Assembly: GCF_001194135.2 (NCBI RefSeq)
Contig: NC_068998.1
Coordinates: forward strand, 14,115,909 to 14,149,988
Length of the DNA: 34,080 bases
From: Octopus bimaculoides
Taxonomy: Eukaryota
Direction of reading: 5' to 3'
This document shows, in pieces, positions 23,673 to 34,080 of this stretch (within the stretch, counting starts at the first letter, position 1; the number at the start of each line of letters is the position of its first letter). A program made the position numbers and the translations under genes. Below the pieces are notes generated by a model that made no database searches, was not told the DNA's origin, and saw nothing but the letters and a program-made list of their open reading frames with translations.

Positions 23673-24056
23673 GCCAACCAACCAACCAACCAACCAACCA
23701 ACCCACCAGCCAACCAGCCAGACAACAAACGCGTGCTCATGCAGTTTGCATGCCTCGCTATAACTAAAGCGACAATATAAATAAAACCAAACGCATTCGT
23801 TACAACTAAGTTTTCGGCAAACAAGATTTTTTAATGAGTTCTAAATAAATTAAGTGAGATCAGAAACATAAGAGCATAAACGGAAAATAAATTCGCTGCC
23901 ATCGCCGCACACAGTGAAACTGTCCCTTGTAAACATAGACATGCTTTGTGAAAGACATTCATATTGAGTTACGTTATAAGAAAAATATTCTCACCAACAT
24001 ATATTTTATATTATCATGTACACGGAATGGACACGTTTTCACATACACAAAGTCAT

Positions 24057-24330
24057 ATTGGTTCTGAATTTTGGCACAACGCCAGACATTTCCGGGCAAG
24101 AGGGTTAAATCGAATGATCGATTCATTTTCAGCTGGTACTTATTTCATCGACCCCGAAAAAAGAAAAGGGCAAAGTCGAACATGGTGGAGTTTGGTGTGC
24201 TTTAATCAAGCAAATCGACTTCAGTACTTATTACTTGTGAGTCTGTTATTTATTCTGTCGGTAATTTTTTGTCGAATCGCTATGTTACGGATATGTAAAC
24301 AAAGGAACAAGCGGTGGCGTGCGAACACGA
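24057..24330 (-). mobile_element. Fused SINE-B fragment (24057-24192) and SINE-A tail (24200-24330)
   Basis: Reverse-complement homology to both families. Confidence 0.75.
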
Positions 24331-24415
24331 ACACACACGCACTCTCTCTCTCTCTCTCACCCCCCCCACACACATGCACACACACATACATGTATATATA
24401 TGTATGTATATATAT

Positions 24416-24450
<35 letters not shown>

Positions 24451-25137
24451 NNNNNNNNNNNNNNNNNNNNNNNNNNNNNNNNNNNNNNNNNNNNNNNNNN
24501 NNNNNNNNNNNNNNNNNNNNNNNNNNNNNNNNNNNNNNNNNNNNNNNNNNNNNNNNNNNNNNNNNNNNNNNNNNNNNNNNNNNNNNNNNNNNNNNNNNNN
24601 NNNNNNNNNNNNNNNNNNNNNNNNNNNNNNNNNNNNNNNNNNNNNNNNNNNNNNNNNNNNNNNNNNNNNNNNNNNNNNNNNNNNNNNNNNNNNNNNNNNN
24701 NNNNNNNNNNNNNNNNNNNNNNNNNNNNNNNNNNNNNNNNNNNNNNNNNNNNNNNNNNNNNNNNNNNNNNNNNNNNNNNNNNNNNNNNNNNNNNNNNNNN
24801 NNNNNNNNNNNNNNNNNNNNNNNNNNNNNNNNNNNNNNNNNNNNNNNNNNNNNNNNNNNNNNNNNNNNNNNNNNNNNNNNNNNNNNNNNNNNNNNNNNNN
24901 NNNNNNNNNNNNNNNNNNNNNNNNNNNNNNNNNNNNNNNNNNNNNNNNNNNNNNNNNNNNNNNNNNNNNNNNNNNNNNNNNNNNNNNNNNNNNNNNNNNN
25001 NNNNNNNNNNNNNNNNNNNNNNNNNNNNNNNNNNNNNNNNNNNNNNNNNNNNNNNNNNNNNNNNNNATATATGCAAGTATATATATATGTGTGTGTGTGG
25101 ATTCTGTGATCTTTGTAACAATGTTTCACATAATATG

Positions 25138-25345
25138 AAGGCGGCGAGCTGGCCAAAACCTTAGTGCGCCGGGCGAAATATTTAGCGGCATTTCGTCTCT
25201 CCTTACGTTCTGAGTTCAAATTCTACCGAGGTCGACTTTGCCTTTCATCCTTTCGGTGTCGATAGATTAAGTAGCAGTTGCGTACTGGGGTCGATCTAAA
25301 GCTTCTCCAAAAATGTCGAACCTTGTGCCTAGAGTAGAAAAGAAT
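25138..25345 (+). mobile_element. SINE family B
   Basis: aaggcggcgagctggcc...gttctgagttcaaattc...ccttgtgcctagagtagaaaag. Confidence 0.9.
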
Positions 25346-25523
25346 ATGTAACAAAAAGCATAACTTTTATTCAAAAGGAGAACAAAATGAATGATATATC
25401 GAGCGTTTGCTTAACGACCACCAACGTATGCGATATAATTGTATATATTTATAATTGTATATATATATATATATATATATAAATATATAATGTGTAATGA
25501 AAATAAGGTCTTGTTTAATATTG

Positions 25524-25736
25524 ATTTAAAATTTTTGCACAAGGCCAGCAATTTCGGAGGAAGGATAAGTCGATTACATCGACCCCAGTGCCTAACTGGT
25601 ACTTACTTTATCGACCCCGAAAGGATGTTAGGCGAAGTTGACCTCGACGGCATTTAAACTCAGAACATGGAGACGGACGAAATACCGCTTAGTATTTCGC
25701 CCGACATGCTAACGATTCTACCAGCTCCCCGTCTTA
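25524..25736 (-). mobile_element. SINE family B with a ~24-bp target-site duplication
   Basis: taaggtct(t/c)gtttaatattgattt at 25504-25527 and 25735-25758. Confidence 0.9.
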
Positions 25737-26269
25737 AGGTCTCGTTTAATATTGATTTCTTTTATATAAGAGAAAACCCCGACTTTTGAGACAAGATATA
25801 GTCCATTAAGACTAACCACAGTTTATGACAGATTCTTATTTCACCGACGCAGGAAAGATTTGCTTTTTTTTTTATCAAAAGCAGAAACAAAGATGATTGC
25901 TTTCACAAGTAATTACATTAGAAACACTGAAACCATCAAAGCAACATTTGTGTAGTGTACATAACAACAGTTAATCAAAAATCACATCACCTTGAATAGC
26001 AACATTGTTGATATAGAATTTCCGTCAACGGTATTACTTGAATAATCTCAATAAAACTTTCGGATTATTTGCAAAAGATTGTACGAAACGAATGCTAAAA
26101 TCATTTAGATTATTAACGATAGCTCGTTTTATCTTTTATCGCAAAGAATACAGATAAATATTTTTGTTTTTCCTTATGATCTAGTCTTTTTTTTGTTTTA
26201 ATATCACTGATTAATTTTGTCTGTATTCTTCGAATTATTTCTTTTTTCTTTTTCTGCACTGTATTAGTC

Positions 26270-26790
26270 ATGTATGTATGTATGTATGTATGTATGTATG
26301 TATGTATGTATGTATGTATGTATGTATGTATGTATGTATGTATGTGTATATGTGTGTATGTATGTATTTATGTATGTATGTATTTATGTATGTATATATA
26401 TATGTGTGTGTATGTGTGTATGTATAGATGTATGCATGTATGTACGCGTGCATGAATGCATGTATGTATGTATTTATGTATGTATGTACATATATGTGTG
26501 TGTATGTATGTATGTATGTATGTATGCATATATGTATGTATGTATGTATAGATGTATATATGTATGTATATATGTGTGTATGTATGTATTTATGTATGTA
26601 TGTATTTATGTATGTATATATATATATGTGTGTATGTATAGATGTATGCATGTATGTATGTGCGTATGTATGTATTTATGCACGTGTGTATGTATTCATG
26701 TATGTATGTACATATATATGTGTGTGTATGTGTGTATGTATGTATGTATGTATGTATGTGTGTATGTATGTGTGTATGCATGTATGTATG
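26270..26790. repeat. Degenerate (TGTA)n array, about 520 bp
   Basis: Visible array; source of the MYVC/HTYI ORFs. Confidence 0.95.
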
Positions 26791-27178
26791 TATTGCACAA
26801 CGTTTTTAGATTACCTGAGACCGCATACTGCAAATTTGATATCGAATGGTTCTTGTTTGTTCAAAATGACACATCATAAATATATGTTCATTCAACATTT
26901 TGTTATTAGTTTCTTGAAATGCACTTAAACATTATCCTGTTATTGATAATTATAAGATTGGATTTTTACTTTTCCATAAAAAAAAATCAAGAATATCCAC
27001 CTCGTCCTTCTGCTCTACCTCTTCGTCAGCAATTATTCTAATTTTGCCAAGTATAAGACCATCGATTTAAAAAAAAAAAACTGTCAAAGAGCGTTTGAAC
27101 TATCAAAAGTTTAGACAAGATATTTGGTATTCAGGTATGATTAATATATATATTATGTTATATTATGTATATACATAT

Positions 27179-27215
<37 letters not shown>

Positions 27216-27833
27216 NNNNNNNNNNNNNNNNNNNNNNNNNNNNNNNNNNNNNNNNNNNNNNNNNNNNNNNNNNNNNNNNNNNNNNNNNNNNNNNNNNNNN
27301 NNNNNNNNNNNNNNNNNNNNNNNNNNNNNNNNNNNNNNNNNNNNNNNNNNNNNNNNNNNNNNNNNNNNNNNNNNNNNNNNNNNNNNNNNNNNNNNNNNNN
27401 NNNNNNNNNNNNNNNNNNNNNNNNNNNNNNNNNNNNNNNNNNNNNNNNNNNNNNNNNNNNNNNNNNNNNNNNNNNNNNNNNNNNNNNNNNNNNNNNNNNN
27501 NNNNNNNNNNNNNNNNNNNNNNNNNNNNNNNNNNNNNNNNNNNNNNNNNNNNNNNNNNNNNNNNNNNNNNNNNNNNNNNNNNNNNNNNNNNNNNNNNNNN
27601 NNNNNNNNNNNNNNNNNNNNNNNNNNNNNNNNNNNNNNNNNNNNNNNNNNNNNNNNNNNNNNNNNNNNNNNNNNNNNNNNNNNNNNNNNNNNNNNNNNNN
27701 NNNNNNNNNNNNNNNNNNNNNNNNNNNNNNNNNNNNNNNNNNNNNNNNNNNNNNNNNNNNNNNNNNNNNNNNNNNNNNNNNNNNNNNNNNNNNNNNNNNN
27801 NNNNNNNNNNNNNNNNNNNNNNNNNNNNNNNNN

Positions 27834-27899
<66 letters not shown>

Positions 27900-28577
27900 T
27901 TCAGGTATGATTAATATATATTTATGTATGTAAATATATATATATTATATGATATTGTATTATACATATATGTATATATATATATATATGCATACATGTA
28001 TGTATATGTATATGTATATATATGCATAGATCACACCCACACACACACCCACACACACAAATATTGTTATGAAACAAGATTTCATCAAGTTGCCAAATTT
28101 CTCAAGAAAAATAAATAAATAAATGCATTTTACTTCGTAAAGTATTGTAGGCTTTATTCATTTTAGTCTTTCCTCAGAATTAAGACTTTGAAGAATTAGA
28201 TTCATTCTGAAATATATATTCATGTAAAAGATAATATATTGTTAAGGGAAATATCTAATTTATGTTAGAGATAATATCTTCAATTCAGATTTCTCACTAA
28301 ACTTCATAACGATTTGGAAGTTGACTGAATTTTGACAGATAATAAATATTGGATTAGAATGGGGATGTGATATATAATCGTTTGAACAGAATCTCAGAAT
28401 ATTGTTGCAGATGTTATATTTATTTCTTCCGGATTAAAAAAAATTGTAAATGAATGAATGTTAGGTCTATTATAAAGAAACGTTGCCTAGTCGAATGTTC
28501 GTGTCTGTAAGAAACTGCATTATAACGTAATTCGTGATCGTCTGGTTCACTTTACTGCTATTTCATACAACAACGTT

Positions 28578-28973
28578 GTGGAGGCGCAATGGCCCAGTGG
28601 TTAGGGCAGCGGACTCGCGGTCATAGAATCGCGGTTTCGATTCCCAGACCGGGCGTTGTGAGTGTTTATTGAGCGAAAACACCTAAAAACTCCACGAGGC
28701 TCCGGCAGGGGATGGTGGCGAACCCTGCTGTACTCTTCCACCACAACTTTCTCTCACTCTATCTTCCTGTTTCTGTTGTACCTGTAATTCAAAGGGTCAG
28801 CCTTGTCACACTGTGTCACGCTGAATATCCCCGAGAACTACATTAAGGGTACACGTGTCTGTGGAGTGCTCAGCCACTTGCACGTTAATTTCACGAGCAG
28901 GCTGTTCCGTTGATCGGATCAACTGGAACCCCCGACGTCGTAAGCGACGGAGTGCCAACAACAACAACAACAG
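28578..28973 (+). mobile_element. Full-length tRNA-derived SINE with (CAA)n tail
   Basis: A box TGGCCCAGTGGT, B box GGTTTCGATTCCC, about 300-bp body, (CAA)n tail, and flanking direct repeat caacgtt at 28571-28577 and 28974-28980. Confidence 0.9.
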
Positions 28974-29045
28974 CAACGTTACAGCTACAGCTTGTTACAT
29001 TTAACTGGTAAAAGACCAGGGACGTTATTCGCATCAAAATATCAC

Positions 29046-29114
29046 CTGCATCAAGCATTTAACGGGCCAACGATAGAAATAACAGTCAAAACTTTGCATA
29101 TCACATAGTACCAC
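29046..29114 (-). other. Candidate spliced exon, coding or UTR (69 nt; open frame VVLCDMQSFDCYFYRWPVKCLMQ)
   Basis: Strong acceptor gctttcttatttcttttaaag| and donor CAG|gtgata; no recognisable protein. Confidence 0.15.
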
Positions 29115-29229
29115 CTTTAAAAGAAATAAGAAAGCATTAGAAAATGAAGACCTAGGTTCGTTACTCCTCAAAATGTGAGTATGGTAACCACAAGAACTCT
29201 TTAGTTAGTCTTTTCCTTTTCCTTCATCT

Positions 29230-29345
29230 TCTTGTTTCCTCCTCCTCTTCCCCCTCCCCCTCCTCCTCCTCTATAATAATAATAACAAAAATAATAATAA
29301 AAATAACAACAATAATAATAATAATAATAATGATAATAATAATTA

Positions 29346-29385
<40 letters not shown>

Positions 29386-29452
29386 TAAACGTGTAAGAAA
29401 TGCTCATATATAAAGATATATAAATATTCACACACTATATAAAAATAAAAAT

Positions 29453-29492
<40 letters not shown>

Positions 29493-29575
29493 GCACACAC
29501 ATAAATGCATACACACTCACACACACACAAACACACATATAAATGTATAATATCTATCTCTGCATGCACATAGAA

Positions 29576-29655
<80 letters not shown>

Positions 29656-29740
29656 ATGTATATATATGTATGTATATGTATATATATATGNNNNNNNNNN
29701 TATATGTATATATATATGTATGTATATGTATATATGTATG

Positions 29741-29777
<37 letters not shown>

Positions 29778-30035
29778 GATATCACAAATTTTTTGTTGCT
29801 TCGGGTCAGCTTATTAATGTCTAATTTTACCATGTCTACACTGTAAATTGCCATCGTTGACTCTAGTTTAGTAATAAATTGAAATTGGTTCGATTTTGCA
29901 GGTCACAGACCACATTGCTTGGAGCTGTCATTCCTTTGTTATATTTAACTTTCAGATGAACATCAACATCAACACCCACAAAAATTGAATTTTAGTATGT
30001 ATGTATGTGTGTGTGTTTGTGTCTGTATGTACATA

Positions 30036-30072
<37 letters not shown>

Positions 30073-30180
30073 TGCATACATACACACACATATATATGCA
30101 CATATATACATATATGTATGTATGTATGTATCTATATACTTATAGGTATGTATATGTTTGTATGTGTGTATGTACGTATT
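29230..30180. repeat. Cluster of (CCT)n, (AAT)n, (TA)n, (CA)n and (TGTA)n simple repeats
   Basis: Visible arrays interspersed with short unique DNA. Confidence 0.85.
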
Positions 30181-30413
30181 CCCATGGCACATGTAAGCGC
30201 TGATATTTGTTGTTCTTGCAACAACGTTGCCATTTCTTAATGTCTGTGATCGCCCTGGAGTAAAACTCGGAGAATCCAATAAAAGAGCTGTTGAAAGATT
30301 AATAAACGCAATGGAGTGGTAGCTGATGCAGTGTGTTAGTCAGACGCACTGAAGCAATCGTCAGTTTATATCTGTTTTTCTTGTTCAGTTCTTCTTGAAT
30401 TTGTCTTTTTGTG

Positions 30414-30622
30414 AAGGCGGTGAGCTGGCAGAAACGTCAGCACGCCGGGCGAAATGCTTTGCGGTATTTCGTCTGTCTTTACGTTCCGAGTTCAAATTCC
30501 GCTCACTTCGCCTTTTCTTTTTTGGGGTCGATAAATTAAGTAACAGTTGCGTACTGAGGTCGATTTAATCGACTGGCGCCTCCCCACAAATTTCGGGCCA
30601 TGTGCCAAGAGTAGAAAAGAAT
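30414..30622 (+). mobile_element. SINE family B
   Basis: Homology to 25138-25345. Confidence 0.9.
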
Positions 30623-31629
30623 TTACCTTTGTGTCTTCAATTTCTCTATCTTATAATAATTCACCATCTCTTTCTACCCGCGCAACACATGTATCCAAGC
30701 ACATACTTTTACACACATATCTCTTCAACGCCAACGTACAGTTTATGCTAGTACACTATTGTTATATTGTTATTACAAATTCTTATTTAAAAACACATTT
30801 GCAAAGGTAGTAAGAAATTTCAAATTCCACGGAAGGTAGTTACTAAACCTTTTCTTAAATTGTTTCACATTTAAATTGTTTTATGTTTATAAAGCATTTA
30901 GCTATTCATCTAAGTTTATATATGTATATGTTTGTATTCATAATTTCGTACCCCACCGACTTCGTTTCTTCATAACTTGCTTAAGAACGCGTATCTTTTA
31001 ATGAAATTTTGAAGAGGTACATTAGGGAAGGTGTAGATGACGACTAAGTTGATGGATGTTAATTTGTTTCTTAGAGAAAACAAAAGTTATTTTATAACTT
31101 GCTCAAGATTATTGCACAGCATAAAAAAAATCTATGATATTCTGATTAACATTATTAATTTTGAGCATGAAATTGGAAGGCACGATAAAAAAGTCCCTAG
31201 TTTACGTAGAGTTTGCTTCAACACAAATTGAAAGTATCCAGTAATTATCAGTGGGTAATTTGTTTAATGCTAGTACAAAGCCAAGTCCTTGTTGCAGTAT
31301 GGTAGCTTGTGTGACTCAGTGACTCAAAGTTTCAAGCAAGTCTTTCCATACTAGATAGTCTAAGGATAGAGACTAAGCTAATATGAATTACTTCTTCCCA
31401 GATGTAAAAATGTATATATATATATATATAGGGCCAACACGCTTTCATAGAAAAAAAAGAAGCATAGTTATAGAAGCATCGATGACAACTCAAAAGAACA
31501 AAACCTGGGAGAGAAAGGCCTTTCCTTGGGGAAACATGTGACGCAGTGTTGCAAAACCTTAAGGGATGTTGCAAGGCCGACTCTTTTTCTCGCCACCAGG
31601 AGAAAGTGTTGTGGCAGAAGTGGGGAAGG

Positions 31630-31915
31630 TGCTAATGGAAGGGCAGATCCTGAAGCGCAGATGTGGGTGGATTGACCACACATTAAGGAAACCAACATTT
31701 GGAATTACACGTCAGGCTCTGACCTTGGAGTCACGAAGGAGGCGGATAAGAGGACGTCCTAAAAATAACTGGAGACAGGATATTGAGGCAGAGCTAAGAA
31801 AGCAGGGTTCCAACTGGAGAGAATAAAAAAATACAGCTCAGAGTCGAATACGGTGAAGAAAAGGGATCTATAACCTATAGTTCATAGGGAGCGAAGGGCT
31901 TAGGCAAATGATTTG
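31630..31915 (+). mobile_element. 5'-truncated RTE-clade LINE 3' end (a second subfamily), degraded
   Basis: QILKRRCGWIDHTLRKPTFGITRQALTLESRRRRIRGRPKNNWRQDIEAELRKQGSNWRE* matches the RTE W-x-GH...RGRPKxxW motif. Confidence 0.85.
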
Positions 31916-32377
31916 TTAAAAGCCGAATAATTTCAATTCGTGTTGCAGCAGGATAAACGTAACCCGAGACAAGTTTTTTTTTTAACGCACCTTTCATGTT
32001 CAAGTTGATAATGTATAACAATCCAAAATACCATAGATTTTTGTTATGTTCTGCAATTATCACAATTAAGTTTTTGAACGATTAAAGAGGTATGGATTTC
32101 TTTCTTTTCTCAATAGCAAAACTTTATTTTCAAATAGGCCAATAGCTTTCGAAAATGTATCTCTGTAAAATTTCTTTAGAAATATGTGCTGTTTAGGAAG
32201 ATATGAAGAGATAAATTCAGTGAAGGTGGGCTACTAAATTTTAGTTATACCATATATTAAAAATATGTCCATGTTTACAGTGTCGTACATCTGATACACC
32301 ACATATGAATATTAAATATATGAACACACACACACATACACGCACGCGTGCGCGCGCATACACACATGCACGCACAC

Positions 32378-32530
32378 GACGGGCTTCCCCTGAGTTTCAC
32401 TAACAAGATATTGATCGGCCAGGACTTTTGTAGAACACCCTTATCCAACATGCCTCGCAGTGGGACTGAACACGTAATCCCATGGTTGCAGATCGAGCTT
32501 CTTAATTACACAGCCAAGCCTGCGCATATG
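32378..32530 (-). mobile_element. SINE family A head
   Basis: gacgggcttc...gcagtgggactgaac...gcttcttaattacacagcc is the reverse complement of the family-A head. Confidence 0.8.
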
Positions 32531-32744
32531 TTAATTTAAATATAAATTCTTACATGACTATTATGGAATACATGACTATTTGAGCTTATTGAAGATCTTG
32601 CGTATATTGGGTCTGATGTTTTCTTTGGTTCTTTAAATTGTTCTAGACTTTGCTTTATATAGTAAGCTGTTTCGCGGTTCCTGTTGAACATATTCCATTT
32701 TGAAACTCATTTAGTATTTTAATATTCATTAAGCCTGCCATCTG

Positions 32745-33050
32745 CGTAGTGACATTTCGTCCGTCTTTATGTTCTGACTTCAGATTTCGCCGAAGTCGAT
32801 TTTGCCTTTCATCTTTTCGGGGTCGATGATATATGTAGCGGTTGATCACTGGGGTCGAAGTAATCGACTTATTCCCTTCCCGAAATTGTTGGCCTTGTAG
32901 CAAAATTTGAAACCAATGTTCTTTAAGGTGGTCAACTGGCAAAGTCGTTAGCACGTCGGGAAAAATGCTTAGCGGCATTCCGTCCGTCTCTAGTTCTGAG
33001 TTCAAATTGTGCTGAAATCAACTCTGCTTTTCATCCTTTCAGAGTTTGTT
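32745..33050 (+). mobile_element. Two tandem SINE-B copies (about 32745-32915 and 32924-33050)
   Basis: Family-B motifs occur twice in the same orientation. Confidence 0.85.
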
Positions 33051-33902
33051 GAATTGATGTCAGCCCTCAAGTATAGAAAGGGAGAAAAACTAAAAGTGGA
33101 AACAAATATGTGTGTGTGTGTGTGTGCGTATGTGCGTGCCGGAATACATATACATGTGTTTNNNNNNNNNNNNNNNNNNNNNNNNNNNNNNNNNNNNNNN
33201 NNNNNNNNNNNNNNNNNNNNNNNNNNNNNNNNNNNNNNNNNNNNNNNNNNNNNNNNNNNNNNNNNNNNNNNNNNNNNNNNNNNNNNNNNNNNNNNNNNNN
33301 NNNNNNNNNNNNNNNNNNNNNNNNNNNNNNNNNNNNNNNNNNNNNNNNNNNNNNNNNNNNNNNNNNNNNNNNNNNNNNNNNNNNNNNNNNNNNNNNNNNN
33401 NNNNNTACACACACAGGGGTATAAATTTATAAATTCAAAGGATATTTTAATCAGAAGCTTATGGTGAGTTTATTCCCTTGCTTTTATTTACGACTCCTTT
33501 TTGAAGACTCAAGGCCTATCAGTTATTGGCCTATCGTTTTCTTAGCTTAGAGATAAAAAGAATTATAATGAAGCCTTGCTAGTGTCTATTGAAACTCATA
33601 TCATTGATATACGGTTAATTGAGCCCAATAGGGATAAAAGGCGACTTGCAGTATTGTCTTTTACGATGATGTGGAAATATCGTGTAAGTTGTGTGCAGCG
33701 AGAGTTGTATTACCTTGTTGGATGGTGTGCTCTGTATATGATGTGAACGTAAGTATTGTCTTTTAAGTAACAATCGATTTTTAAAGGAGTCACACACTAA
33801 AATATAAAATTCATCAGCATTATATCTTCCTCTTCTACCTCCCCATCATTACGTACTCCTCCTTTTCCTTGTTGTTGTTGTTATCATCATTATTAATGCT
33901 GC

Positions 33903-34080
33903 AAGACGGCAGAGTCAGCATGTCGGACAAAATGCTTGGTGGTATTTCTTCAAGCTTTACATTCTGAGTTCAAATACCGCCGAGGTCGACTTTACTTTTT
34001 ATCGTTTCAGAGTCAATAAAATAAGCACCAGTCGAGCACTGGGATCGATGTAATCGACCTCCACGCCCCCGCCCCCTCCA
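33903..34080 (+). mobile_element. SINE family B running to the window edge
   Basis: aagacggcagagtcagc...ttctgagttcaaataccgccgaggtcgac. Confidence 0.85.

Noticed and set aside
28580-28655. tRNA gene
   Set aside because: It has A and B boxes, but I see no proper acceptor stem or terminator, and it continues into a SINE body with tail and duplication.
29230-29270. G-quadruplex-prone (GGA/GGG) tract on the minus strand
   Set aside because: Part of an ordinary simple-repeat cluster; nothing indicates function.
31312-31326. Tandem AP-1 sites TGACTCA x2
   Set aside because: Explained by an 8-bp duplication, with no evidence of regulatory context.

Overview
AT-rich, microsatellite-dense eukaryotic scaffold with about 14 N gaps. 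The SINE families and repeat landscape suggest an octopus (coleoid cephalopod) genome; this is inferred from recognised repeats, not from a database hit. Most ORFs in the supplied track are artefacts of simple repeats or N runs. The window looks like largely intronic DNA of a minus-strand multi-exon gene. The best exon is 1431-1617, with weaker candidates at 6715-6770, 8131-8274, 15573-15655 and 16267-16359. The joined peptide carries N-glycosylation sequons and loosely resembles the extracellular N-terminal domain of ionotropic glutamate/IR receptors, but the identity is not established. The rest holds many tRNA-derived SINE copies, three RTE-type LINE fragments, an R4/Dong-type LINE 3' end inside a (TAA)n array, a Helentron/HINE-like fragment and a Tigger-like end. 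The most striking structure is an imperfect ~820-bp foldback (3601-4419, 10-nt loop). There is no rRNA, true tRNA or CRISPR, and I cannot demonstrate a novel multi-gene system.
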